This document shows, piece after piece, positions 18,780 through 28,630 of a stretch of DNA of 64,000 nucleotides. A model generated the notes under the pieces. That model worked only from the letters and a program-made list of their open reading frames with translations, was not told the DNA's origin and did not search any database. How positions within the stretch are numbered: the first letter of the stretch is position 1; each line of letters opens with the position of its first letter. The position numbers and the translations under genes are program-made. Source of the DNA: a virus (lineage: Duplodnaviria > Caudoviricetes); IMG/VR virus record IMGVR_UViG_3300028048_000038, positions 288,001-352,000 of that record, one strand, 5' to 3'.

Positions 18780-19694
18780 TTATGATATTCTAACATATTC
18801 TGAAAGGATTGAATTAATGTCATATCCTTCAAGTTGCTTGATATAACCAGGCCAGTCACCACATTGTTCCATACCAGCCCAAGGATGTACGTGATTCATA
18901 ATTGCTCCTTTCATAATTGTAAGGAGTTCGACAAGTTTATCACCCTTTGGTACTTGATGTAATCTATCCATTACAATATCAGAATCTTCATCCTTAATCA
19001 AAGCATCCTTATCGTGTACATTGTCACAAACGTTATTATCCTTATTACTAATAAGGTTAATATTGTCGGCTACCATGTTAATCATGCTAGATACTTGATG
19101 GTTTTGGTTCTTTGCAAGTCCACTCTTATACTTTAATTGTATATAAGCTGGGTCTATGTTATTAAACATGATATTTCCTATCAAACCATTTTCTCTAGTC
19201 ATTGATGGTTCTGTACGAATTCCAGCACGGATATCAACCTCACTCTTCTTTGTGGATTCATTATATTTTAGCGTAACATCTTCAGAACCTCTACCAACAA
19301 CAGATACATCTTCATTGTTTGGAAAAGCTCCTCTAGTCATGTCGAAGTTAGATATCTTCTCAATAGGGTTGAATTCGAAATTTTTAAAGGTAGAAGTAGC
19401 ATCTTCCTTTTTATCATAAGTCATGTATTGAGGTTGAGCAATAACTGGTCCAATATAGTATCTTTGGGATTTGTTGTTGTTACTATCCTCACAAACAACC
19501 AAAACTGCTTCGCCTACTTTTGGTAATACATGGAAAACTTTAGGCAATAAAGGGAATGCCCAAGGAATATCCTCTAATTTCCTTGGTTTATCTTCTGTCA
19601 ATTCTGCCCTAACACGCATACCATCACTGCCATTCTTTGAATAGACATTCTCGACCTCTCTAACCTTTCCGACTTTTACAATTATATTAGCCAT
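18780..19694 (-). CDS. baseplate central spike (gp5/gpV-like)
   Basis: OB-fold RVRA..PWAFPLLP..LPKVGEAVLV..YYIGP; C-terminal HVHP apex motif. Confidence 0.75.
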   Translation of the reverse strand: MANIIVKVGKVREVENVYSKNGSDGMRVRAELTEDKPRKLEDIPWAFPLLPKVFHVLPKVGEAVLVVCEDSNNNKSQRYYIGPVIAQPQYMTYDKKEDATSTFKNFEFNPIEKISNFDMTRGAFPNNEDVSVVGRGSEDVTLKYNESTKKSEVDIRAGIRTEPSMTRENGLIGNIMFNNIDPAYIQLKYKSGLAKNQNHQVSSMINMVADNINLISNKDNNVCDNVHDKDALIKDEDSDIVMDRLHQVPKGDKLVELLTIMKGAIMNHVHPWAGMEQCGDWPGYIKQLEGYDINSILSEYVRIS

Positions 19695-19878
19695 CCTTTA
19701 ATATACCTCTTTTTTGTAACTCTTCATTTGCCTTAATGTATAATTCATCAAGCTCTGTTAATTCTTGAATCAATGCAATGATTTTATCTTTTTTTACATT
19801 GTATTCATTTTCGTAACCCATAATCTTAATATTGATTTCTGCGTTACTTAATTTTGTAAAATCTACTTTTTTCTTCAT
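19687..19878 (-). CDS. small coiled-coil hypothetical protein
   Basis: 63-aa ORF within the operon, overlapping the spike start. Confidence 0.6.
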   Translation of the reverse strand: MKKKVDFTKLSNAEINIKIMGYENEYNVKKDKIIALIQELTELDELYIKANEELQKRGILKDG

Positions 19879-19881
19879 AAA

Positions 19882-20232
19882 CTAAAACACTCCACCAAGT
19901 CCTAAACCTGTATTATTAACTGGCGTTGTCTGTAATGTTCCAGGGGTTATCCCAACTTGTATTGACGCATCATTTTTAAGTCCTCTGTATATTTCCTTTG
20001 TTGAAGCAAAGAATGCCCCAACTGTTAGATTTGAGCTACCATCTGGCATCGGTCCAGTAGGTATACCAAGTCTATTTAAATCCTTAACAATATTTGATAC
20101 TGAATAGATAGTTGAAAGTCCAGGTCTACGTATCATTGAACACACCAATAAGATTCTGTTAATCTGTGGAAATGGTGGTCTGACATCATTAAAGAAATTA
20201 GTGATAGTATTACAAATCTGTTCTATACCCAT
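19882..20232 (-). CDS. hypothetical structural protein (possible spike-tip partner)
   Basis: RPGLS..GIPTGPMPDGS; Gly-rich C-terminus; next to the spike gene. Confidence 0.45.
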   Translation of the reverse strand: MGIEQICNTITNFFNDVRPPFPQINRILLVCSMIRRPGLSTIYSVSNIVKDLNRLGIPTGPMPDGSSNLTVGAFFASTKEIYRGLKNDASIQVGITPGTLQTTPVNNTGLGLGGVF

Positions 20233-20237
20233 AATAT

Positions 20238-22406
20238 TTAACAATTTTCTTTAGGCTTTTCAGCATTTATTATTTCATTAATATCAATATCAGCATAATC
20301 AACAGTATCAAGTTTAACTTCTTTTGGCTGATAGCCAAAATTAAACCAAACCATAGGACAATTTTTGATAATACTATTGATTGCAGAAGTGTATTCTTCA
20401 ATTTGTTCTCTGAGTAATATTGACTCTATCATTTCCTTAAGTGGTTGTAAATACTTTAGAACAAGTTTAATAAGTTCTTGTATAACAAGGTCACGAACTT
20501 CTTTGATAATAGATATTATTATTCCTTGCATTGCCTTTAACAAGTCCTCGATTGTAAATACTTTCCAATTACCACCCATGATTTGTCTATTAACCTCTAA
20601 CAGTAATAATACCTTTGGTGATAAAATCGCATTAATAATTGCAAATACAAGGTTCTCAATTAAATCAAATACAAATCCAAATTCTATGCTGTATTTATCC
20701 TCTTCTTCAGCACCATTGGCAACTGCTATAGATGCTTGCGTGATTGCACGGTTAATAACGTCTATTCGTTCCTCTAAAGATGATGCAGAGTCATATTCAT
20801 CTAGAATCTCATAAACTTTATCAAGTCCATCAGAACTTGCATTTGAGCCAAATGCATAATCTTTGGCTCTCTTTTCTTCACTAGACCTTAACAGTTGATT
20901 ATATTTTTCATTGTCGAATGAAAAATAACAATCCTCAACTGAAGAATCATCAGAGTTTATAATATTTTTTATGATTTCCTTAATCTTATCTGTAGCATCT
21001 TGATGTTTCTTACCAAGAGATGCATTTAATCCTAATCTAGTATTTACAAGGGTATCCAATAATGTTGTAGCCATGACTTTGGCATCGAACAATTTCATAC
21101 CCATTACAAAATCATAATTAAATTCATAAACAGTCAATCCCTTATAACACTCTACTAAATGTTTCTTGAGTTCGTTTTTATCAGTAATACTAACATTTCC
21201 ACTTCTTATGTTGATTTTAATATCAGTAGTCCCAGTAGTATATGTTGCATAATTCTCAAATTTCGTATATGAAGCTTCTGGTAACTCTTCTTGGTCAAAT
21301 ACAACAGTATACTTTCCATTTATGTCATAATTTCCTTGACTATCAAACAATAAAGGTACAAAACCCCAAGGTTTTTCGCCTTCATCAACTTTCGGAATAT
21401 GAATAAAAGGTTTTGGCTTTATAGTTAATCTAACGATATTATTAACCAATCCGTTTGAAGGGTAAATATTACTAGATGCAGTATCAAAATATTGTAAATT
21501 ACATAATGCGATTTCTTTAGAAAAATCCCTAGACTCAAATCTCTTTTCCCCAAAACCAAGATTCTTTTTTAAATAATCTGCACGTCTTACATACCAGTTT
21601 ACACTACATATGTTTGATGATGTTGGAACTAATATATTTGAAATTATTTTATTCTCACTATCGTATTTTCTATCAATACACATTGAGACTATAGAATGTT
21701 GATAATTTGGATATGTAAAAGTATTACCCAACATTATTGAAGAAGGACTATCGGAATTAAAGTCAACTTGAACTGCATCTAATATTGATGGGTTTGGTAT
21801 TGTTTTACCACCAATTCCATGTATAGAACCAGATATAGAACTAAAGTTTGATGAACTTGGGAATTTACCCTTATGTATTACAAACCACAAAAATGCATCA
21901 AAGTCCTCTGCCCTTGCAAACTTATACACATCATCAATACCATCAAGACCAAAATACATTTCCTTTCCAAAATCGCTCAATGGATTCTCAGACAATTTAT
22001 TTAGAAAATCAATAGACTCGATACTAATATTAATACCATAACCTTCAATTTGTCCGCTACCACATCCAACATTAAGATTTTCCCTATATTTCTCTGGTAT
22101 TCTAGGGTCAACAGAACAAGAAACCATATTTTTAAGATTGGTAAGTAATATGGTTTTAACCGATACCTCCAATACTGGTAATATATATATCAAGAAATTA
22201 GCAAGATACTCCCTAAGTTCTTCATAAGTAACACCTAGGTGCTTTAACAATTGCAAGATATACCCTATTGGATTTGTTGCAAATGTCAAAGAAATACTAG
22301 GTGATGCAAGCATAATGTTCATTATTGCAATCACCTTATCAACCATTGCTTTCGCAGTATCAATGGTTGCCATTGCTTCTTGCTGTTTATCCTTGATGTT
22401 AGCCAT
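20238..22406 (-). CDS. large hypothetical protein, probably structural
   Basis: 722-aa ORF with helical hydrophobic termini, in a late-type operon with the spike. Confidence 0.6.
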   Translation of the reverse strand: MANIKDKQQEAMATIDTAKAMVDKVIAIMNIMLASPSISLTFATNPIGYILQLLKHLGVTYEELREYLANFLIYILPVLEVSVKTILLTNLKNMVSCSVDPRIPEKYRENLNVGCGSGQIEGYGINISIESIDFLNKLSENPLSDFGKEMYFGLDGIDDVYKFARAEDFDAFLWFVIHKGKFPSSSNFSSISGSIHGIGGKTIPNPSILDAVQVDFNSDSPSSIMLGNTFTYPNYQHSIVSMCIDRKYDSENKIISNILVPTSSNICSVNWYVRRADYLKKNLGFGEKRFESRDFSKEIALCNLQYFDTASSNIYPSNGLVNNIVRLTIKPKPFIHIPKVDEGEKPWGFVPLLFDSQGNYDINGKYTVVFDQEELPEASYTKFENYATYTTGTTDIKINIRSGNVSITDKNELKKHLVECYKGLTVYEFNYDFVMGMKLFDAKVMATTLLDTLVNTRLGLNASLGKKHQDATDKIKEIIKNIINSDDSSVEDCYFSFDNEKYNQLLRSSEEKRAKDYAFGSNASSDGLDKVYEILDEYDSASSLEERIDVINRAITQASIAVANGAEEEDKYSIEFGFVFDLIENLVFAIINAILSPKVLLLLEVNRQIMGGNWKVFTIEDLLKAMQGIIISIIKEVRDLVIQELIKLVLKYLQPLKEMIESILLREQIEEYTSAINSIIKNCPMVWFNFGYQPKEVKLDTVDYADIDINEIINAEKPKENC

Positions 22407-22804
22407 TACTTCTTATTAAGTTCAATTGTCTTAGTTTTTTCCTCTTGCATGTTATTGTCAATCATCTTCTTAATGTCATCAAAGTTGAAGTCCATATTCT
22501 TGATATTTTCTCCATTTTCAATAGCGCCCTTAACATCACCATTATGATGGTATATGTCACTAAGAATCTTTGCAATATCCAATTTCTTTGATATTGCCTT
22601 ATCCTTTATGCCCAAATAATCGTTAATTATTTTTCCGTATTTTGCCTTTCCGTCAATGGATTCATCTTGCAATTGTGTTGCATTTGCCATCTTATTAATT
22701 TCATTCTGTGTTTGAACTATCTGTTCATCAGCTAGATTATAGGCATTCTGAAGCAAATCCCTTATGTTCTGTACATCGTTTATTTCTATCTTAAACTTAG
22801 CCAT
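22406..22804 (-). CDS. helical hypothetical protein (possible terminase-small-subunit-like)
   Basis: 132-aa coiled-coil; ATATTTATA motif 16 nt upstream; function is a guess. Confidence 0.4.
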   Translation of the reverse strand: MAKFKIEINDVQNIRDLLQNAYNLADEQIVQTQNEINKMANATQLQDESIDGKAKYGKIINDYLGIKDKAISKKLDIAKILSDIYHHNGDVKGAIENGENIKNMDFNFDDIKKMIDNNMQEEKTKTIELNKK

Positions 22805-22839
22805 TTCTGTAATTTTAACTATAAATATTCAAAAATTGA

Positions 22840-23619
22840 TTATTCATTGATAAGTTTCCACTTAACTTCGTAATATCTTTTCTTATACACCTTAAGTGCA
22901 TCTCTTATTTCCTTCGTATTCAACATTGTGGTTTCTTTCAAGAACAAAAGTATCGAACTCTTATTGAATTTATTGCTGCCCATCTGTGCAAAAATATCAT
23001 CCCAATTTGTCATAAGATTAATAAGGGTCATACCAACCTTAACCTCATTTTCATTCAATCTAAGCTTATCCTTATCCTCTAGAATACGTTTAATATTATC
23101 AACGGTATTACCAGTCAATTCAGATAGAAAAGTCCTTCTAGGGTCTGTTTCATCATAAGAAAACCTTATATTATCATCAATACCTCCTTGCACTGATTCA
23201 TTAGGGGTATCATATGATTCATTACGCTTCTGATTCTTTGCAAATTGATTAATTTTATATATTAAATAGTTTTTACAAATTGTACCGCAATATGAATATG
23301 CTTTATAATTTGTTGAAGGGTCAAAACATGATAGTTTCGTCATAAGAAAAGACATTGTATCATCAAAAGTTTGTTGGAATTCTTCATCTGGTGGGTACAG
23401 ACTATATCTCCTTATGATTGATTCTATCATTTTAGTAAATGCTGGCTTTAGCGTTGTATTGAAGATTCTGTTCTTCTCCTTTTCATCGTCAGTTGAAATG
23501 TAATCTACAACAGCTTGCTCTTGCTCTTCGTAGAAATATCCTTTCCTTTCCTTGGAAGGTTTTCTACCTCTCTTTTTCTTAACTACTACTGTTTCTGTAA
23601 TTGCACTAGTTTCAGACAT
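22840..23619 (-). CDS. putative phage RNA polymerase sigma factor (late-type)
   Basis: YF..EQEQAVVDY..AFTKMIESIIRRY..KLSCFDP..KAYSYCGTICKNYLI resembles sigma region 2 (FDP..F.Y motif). Confidence 0.65.
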   Translation of the reverse strand: MSETSAITETVVVKKKRGRKPSKERKGYFYEEQEQAVVDYISTDDEKEKNRIFNTTLKPAFTKMIESIIRRYSLYPPDEEFQQTFDDTMSFLMTKLSCFDPSTNYKAYSYCGTICKNYLIYKINQFAKNQKRNESYDTPNESVQGGIDDNIRFSYDETDPRRTFLSELTGNTVDNIKRILEDKDKLRLNENEVKVGMTLINLMTNWDDIFAQMGSNKFNKSSILLFLKETTMLNTKEIRDALKVYKKRYYEVKWKLINE

Positions 23620-23781
23620 TTCTTTAATTATAGATATTTATATTTAGGTAAAATCCCCTAATTAGTTTACATTTTAATACTAAATATCTTATCAAAGGCA
23701 AATCTGTGCAATTTCAACACACTTTCTTTCACATTTTCTCAATTGAGAAAATCTTCGTGTTGCCATTTTTGATGACATTCT

Positions 23782-23817
23782 AAAAAAATGGTGCTAACTA
23801 CCAAAATTAGCACCATT
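23782..23817 (-). terminator. intrinsic terminator
   Basis: aatggtgctaa..ttagcaccatt with a T run on the minus strand. Confidence 0.75.
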
Positions 23818-23833
23818 GATAAAGATTATATTA

Positions 23834-24607
23834 TTATTCTTTGGTATATTCTTTCTTTCTATCTTCCTTGAAGAAATACTCACGTTTCGCAAGGTCAAAC
23901 CACCATTGTGATTCCTCACTATCAACAGTCTCCTTATACATATTAACAAGAGAACCCTTTCTATCAAGAGTATGGTTATATCCTACCTTCGGTATTACAA
24001 ATACCTTCTTACCCTTATTGGTAGCACGTAGAAGCCATTCGTACCAAAAAGTAATCTTAATAGATGGTTTTAAACCTCCAACTTCTTGCCAATCAGCAAG
24101 ATTAAAGATTGAACCAGTTAGATAGAAATCGAAATAATTCTGCAAGCAGTCATTGTCAATATATCCTATCTCATTTGAGAAAGAGCTAGCCCATGCAGCC
24201 TCATTACCGAAACCAATATATTTTCCATTATTGAAATCTGTAATATCCTCAAGGAACATAAACACACTTGTATCTGGCATAAAGTCCATATATTTCTTAG
24301 CATTTGTAAGCCAAATTGGTGTATAAGTATCATCAAACTCAAGGATTGAAAACCACTTAACATCTGGGTTATTTGCAAAAGCCTTAACGCCATTTTCAAC
24401 CAACTCAGCAAATGTACTACCTTCTTCAACTGATGGTACTAATGCTGCTCTATCTGAAAGACCCTTTACCTTTGCTGGCGTAGTGCCCTTTGGTACTGAA
24501 AGACAGATTGACATACCCTCTGGCACTGATTCAATTGCCTTGTTAACAAGCTCTATATTCTCTTTACCGAACTCATGCATCGGTATGATTATTCCTAATT
24601 CTTTCAT
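23834..24607 (-). CDS. GT-A (GT2-like) glycosyltransferase
   Basis: IIIPMH..KAIESV..FSILEFDDTY..WQEVGGL..YEWLLR..VIPKVGYNH. Confidence 0.75.
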   Translation of the reverse strand: MKELGIIIPMHEFGKENIELVNKAIESVPEGMSICLSVPKGTTPAKVKGLSDRAALVPSVEEGSTFAELVENGVKAFANNPDVKWFSILEFDDTYTPIWLTNAKKYMDFMPDTSVFMFLEDITDFNNGKYIGFGNEAAWASSFSNEIGYIDNDCLQNYFDFYLTGSIFNLADWQEVGGLKPSIKITFWYEWLLRATNKGKKVFVIPKVGYNHTLDRKGSLVNMYKETVDSEESQWWFDLAKREYFFKEDRKKEYTKE

Positions 24608-25693
24608 TTATTCTTCCTCCTTTTTGTTCTTAATTTGAATAATTAACTCTTCCATTTCCTTCTTTCTTCTATCAAGAATATCTGTTACATATGCCAATAT
24701 ATCAGCCTTGGTGTTTTCCTCAGTGAATTCATCATATATTTTCTTAGCTTCTTCAGCAAGAACAGTTGGCACTTTATCAGTAATCCAAGAACGCACAACA
24801 CTTGCAATTTGCTTATGCAATGTATCATAATCATTGAACCATACGCAACAATTTGGAAGTTCTTCTCCATTAGCCCAATCTACAGTTGTAGTAGGAACTT
24901 TAACCATTGTAATACTACCACTCTTCATAGCCTCAAGAGCCGAATACATAAAGCTTGCAGATTCATCAACAACAATCGTGATTGCACCCTCCCTAAGTTC
25001 CTTCGCAAACTCTTCCTTTGATAAGTTTCTAAGTTCCTTAAATGATACCCACTTAAAGAATGGATACTTCCAATAAAATGGCTTAACAATTCTCTTAATA
25101 TCACTCTGGTCTTTTGCGATTACATTAATAACCATCTTCTTAGGCGCAATTGTAGAACCGAATATCTTTGAAATGAATGGTCTAACCTTCTTAAGTTTCA
25201 TATAAGGGAATGACTCGTTAAGTTCTGCTGCTTGGTAGTCTGAATTGGTTATACCCTCTAGAATTCCAAAATCACCAAACTGAGCCACATAAGGCATCTG
25301 TTCAACTACATAATCATAGTTCTGCAAGATAATCACTCTCTTACATGGAAGGTTTCTTGTTTGATTCATAACTTGTGAATAAATCTCTGGAATAAACAAC
25401 ACATCACTAGGTGATGTTCCAACCTCTCCCTTATTAACATTGAAATGTGGGAGACTTGTATATTCCTCCCCTAACCATGCGCCAACACCTACAAACTCTT
25501 CCTCAGTATGAAGCATATTAACATCATATCCCTCACCTTTTAGGATAAGTGCTAAATTATAGATGTATTCAAGAGAACCAGAAGGAACGCCTTTACTATC
25601 GATTACAAAAAAGTATATTCTATTCTCTTTCTTATCTATCTTTGAAATCTCTTTTTCGATATTCTCAATAACCTTTAAATCTTTATCACTCAT
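24608..25693 (-). CDS. GT-B-like glycosyltransferase
   Basis: PSGSLEYIY..DVLFIPE..VIILQNY..LSKEEFA..ESASF..ALEAMKSG. Confidence 0.7.
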   Translation of the reverse strand: MSDKDLKVIENIEKEISKIDKKENRIYFFVIDSKGVPSGSLEYIYNLALILKGEGYDVNMLHTEEEFVGVGAWLGEEYTSLPHFNVNKGEVGTSPSDVLFIPEIYSQVMNQTRNLPCKRVIILQNYDYVVEQMPYVAQFGDFGILEGITNSDYQAAELNESFPYMKLKKVRPFISKIFGSTIAPKKMVINVIAKDQSDIKRIVKPFYWKYPFFKWVSFKELRNLSKEEFAKELREGAITIVVDESASFMYSALEAMKSGSITMVKVPTTTVDWANGEELPNCCVWFNDYDTLHKQIASVVRSWITDKVPTVLAEEAKKIYDEFTEENTKADILAYVTDILDRRKKEMEELIIQIKNKKEEE

Positions 25694-26021
25694 TGTTTTC
25701 CTCGTTTATATCTTTTATTAGCTCATATGCCTTTAGTGTATTAAGGGTGATGTTTTGCCCCATTGTCAATACCTTTGGGTCTTCTATTGAATCAAGAATG
25801 TCGATAAACATCCTAATCATATCATAACGAATGGTATTTTGACCAGTATAATCATTAACCTTAACTTCCTTAACTTCCCTAGTATTTGGAATCATTGATT
25901 TTGAATCCTTATCATAGATGAAGTTATCTGTAATTTCTACTTCATTGGTTTTCTCATTCGGGTTTCCGAAGATAAAACTTGTAATGTTGTTTAAGTCAAA
26001 AATGTATGGCGTATTTGTCAT
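25686..26021 (-). CDS. hypothetical protein
   Basis: 111-aa ORF translationally coupled within the operon. Confidence 0.65.
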   Translation of the reverse strand: MTNTPYIFDLNNITSFIFGNPNEKTNEVEITDNFIYDKDSKSMIPNTREVKEVKVNDYTGQNTIRYDMIRMFIDILDSIEDPKVLTMGQNITLNTLKAYELIKDINEENNE

Positions 26022-26617
26022 TCCTTAACCTTATTGAAAAAATTATTATCTGTAATAATGTCAGATAAACTATCATAGTTCAAATCTGCCTCATCTTTAT
26101 GTTGTTCATTGAATTCACGATTAATTAGAACAATTTTCTTTCCTTCTGGTTTCTCCTTCTCAAAGAACTCATTCCTTGCTGTAATAACTGCATCACATTC
26201 CTTCCAAACCTCATCAAGATTAGTAGGGAAAATTACCTTTCTAACTCTAGAGCCAATCTTGCTCAAGAAGAAATAACTAGATTGGATTGTTAATGCCACC
26301 TCATCCAAACTATAAAAGATGATTCTAATATCCTCATCCTCCATATTCTCGATTTCTGCCAACCAATTGTTAATGTCTCTTGGAAGATTCTTATCCATCG
26401 CTGGGCAAGCTCCAAATATCTCAAATGGATAATCGATATATAAGAAATTATTCTTCTCATACTTGCTCTCGAACTTAAGGTACTTCTTAAAGATGTCCAC
26501 CTTATCGTCTAGGTCTTCCCATTCCAATGATGGGTCAAATTCCTTTGCATAATTCTTTAGAATCTGTCTGTTGATATTTCTTACAACATGATTTAGTTCA
26601 ATTCCAATTGTTAACAT
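26018..26617 (-). CDS. HAD-superfamily 5'(3')-nucleotidase-like protein with degenerate motif I
   Basis: IGIELNHVVR in place of IGIDxDGV; ..YFFLSK..WKECDAVIT..FNE. Confidence 0.55.
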   Translation of the reverse strand: MLTIGIELNHVVRNINRQILKNYAKEFDPSLEWEDLDDKVDIFKKYLKFESKYEKNNFLYIDYPFEIFGACPAMDKNLPRDINNWLAEIENMEDEDIRIIFYSLDEVALTIQSSYFFLSKIGSRVRKVIFPTNLDEVWKECDAVITARNEFFEKEKPEGKKIVLINREFNEQHKDEADLNYDSLSDIITDNNFFNKVKE

Positions 26618-26641
26618 AATATTTCTTTAAATAAAAAATAA

Positions 26642-27628
26642 TCATTTTTCTTTATTTTTCAAGGCTTTGTTAAGACAATCTTTACAAATTGGCTTATGTC
26701 CATCTGCCTCTTGTATATCAGCATCATAAACTGACATTTCTTTGCCACATACGGAACAATATCTCTTTCTCTCCGTATTAATCATTTCTGGTGCCACTTC
26801 CTTTCTCTCCTTCTTGGCATATTTTTCAGCCATAGATTTTGAATAATACTTTGATTCAAGGTCAGTTGGTAATCTGAGATATTCATCCCACTCAAGAGTT
26901 AAAAGATACTCATATCCATCTTGTTTAAATTCCTTAAACTTACCACCCTTTATAAATGAATAATTCACTAAATCATCCTCATTATATGCCTTATATGTTG
27001 TAAACGATAAATTATATATTGAAGTTGCTATTTCATTTCTTGAAATTTCATATTCATTTGCATTCAATAATTTCTTTAACTCATTTATAAATGGCATTGA
27101 AGCTGCATCATATGGGTCTGGTTCCGTATTAAAATGTAATGTTGTTTCAACCTTGCCAATCTTTTCATCAATATCAACATCAATCTTCTTTGCAAACTTC
27201 TCTACCTTGAATCTAACAAATGAGTTATAATCTATTTCAAGACGATATCTCTCAATTCCATAATTTCCAACTTGATTCATGGTATCCAATACAGATTGAC
27301 AAATATTTTCATTCTCTTGAGAGAACTTAAATCGTGTCTTATCCTTTGGTTTTTCTTTTTCTTCCTTTACAGCAACACCATTACCAACATATTTATATTT
27401 CTCAGATTCATTTGCTACTCTGTATGTTCTATATCTAAGTTCTTCAACCTCTTGTGTAACTTCACCCTTTAATAAATGTTTTGCAACACGCTTATCAGTA
27501 ACTTGTTGATTTACTTCTGTTCCAGCTTGGTCTGCTTCACCACTACCTAGAATCTCATCCCCAGCAGCCTTAAGACCAAATGGCAATCCATACCAAATAT
27601 TTAGTAATATTTTCTTTAATTTATTCAT
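26642..27628 (-). CDS. hypothetical protein with C-terminal Zn finger
   Basis: CSVCG..ICKDC. Confidence 0.6.
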   Translation of the reverse strand: MNKLKKILLNIWYGLPFGLKAAGDEILGSGEADQAGTEVNQQVTDKRVAKHLLKGEVTQEVEELRYRTYRVANESEKYKYVGNGVAVKEEKEKPKDKTRFKFSQENENICQSVLDTMNQVGNYGIERYRLEIDYNSFVRFKVEKFAKKIDVDIDEKIGKVETTLHFNTEPDPYDAASMPFINELKKLLNANEYEISRNEIATSIYNLSFTTYKAYNEDDLVNYSFIKGGKFKEFKQDGYEYLLTLEWDEYLRLPTDLESKYYSKSMAEKYAKKERKEVAPEMINTERKRYCSVCGKEMSVYDADIQEADGHKPICKDCLNKALKNKEK

Positions 27629-27852
27629 AATTTTTTAACTTCCTCTCTTATCTTAGATTTTAATAAACCTCTAACTTTTTCTCTATATGAAAAGAATTCT
27701 TGCCTTTCTGAAATCATATTCCTTATATCCTCTGGAATATTCTCAAACTGACTATCTCCAGTTGCGAGTGAATATCCATCAGTCATTCTAGAAAAATCTT
27801 GACAAATATTACTTATCGCACCATATAATGTAATTAATTTATCTAATGTCAT
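27625..27852 (-). CDS. hypothetical protein
   Basis: 75-aa ORF with ATGA overlap. Confidence 0.6.
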   Translation of the reverse strand: MTLDKLITLYGAISNICQDFSRMTDGYSLATGDSQFENIPEDIRNMISERQEFFSYREKVRGLLKSKIREEVKKL

Positions 27853-27876
27853 ATAAATTGCAAAAATTATGCCAAA

Positions 27877-28569
27877 TTATTTCTTTAAGATATCAATTGG
27901 AAACTTGTTACCAAATTTCTCATTAATTATCTCCCTATTCTTATACCAACTATCCTTTAAAGCACCAACAGAATTATGTGCTAATCGGATATTTGTTGTG
28001 ACACCAATCTTACATTTTCCGTCAAAATAATTAGCCAAACAGAAATAAATGTCATAGAAATCAAAGCCGTTTAATTCTCTACTGAAATTCTCAGAAATCC
28101 TTCTTCTATGCGCAGCCATGAATAAACCATCAATAACCACTACTTCTTGTAAATCTTTTTCAAGCAATGGTGAGAATGCTGTCAACCAAGACTTGCCATT
28201 TGCCCTATGAAGTACTTGCCCGAACTTCTTTTCATAGTTCCACCAAGCACCCTTTTCGTCAAACTGAGCAGAGCCAGCAACTCCAATGATTCCATATTCT
28301 TCATTTTCATTGAACAATCTTAATACTTCTTTTCCCCATCCTTCTCTTAGGAACTCGATATCATCATGTATGAAAACGATGACATCACTATCAATCTCAT
28401 TGTTAACAACCATATCGGCATATATCTTTGAGATTGATACCCCTTCTGGATTATGTATCATATATACATGTGTGTCACAACCACAAGTATTCTTGATATG
28501 TTCAATAAAATCCTTATTTTCTTCTGTTGTTTTCCTAGAACAAACAACAACTGCAATATTTTTATCCAT
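27877..28569 (-). CDS. GT-A glycosyltransferase-like protein
   Basis: IVFIHDDIEF..GIIGVAG..VVVIDGLFMA..FDFYDIYFCL..LAHNS.G. Confidence 0.78.
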   Translation of the reverse strand: MDKNIAVVVCSRKTTEENKDFIEHIKNTCGCDTHVYMIHNPEGVSISKIYADMVVNNEIDSDVIVFIHDDIEFLREGWGKEVLRLFNENEEYGIIGVAGSAQFDEKGAWWNYEKKFGQVLHRANGKSWLTAFSPLLEKDLQEVVVIDGLFMAAHRRRISENFSRELNGFDFYDIYFCLANYFDGKCKIGVTTNIRLAHNSVGALKDSWYKNREIINEKFGNKFPIDILKK

Positions 28570-28588
28570 AGGTTTTTTTTAAAAAATA

Positions 28589-28622
28589 AAAAAAGTGAAT
28601 AAGAAATCAACTCTTATTCACC
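28589..28622 (-). terminator. intrinsic terminator
   Basis: gtgaataaga..tcttattcac with a T run on the minus strand. Confidence 0.7.
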
Positions 28623-28630
28623 TAATTTTA

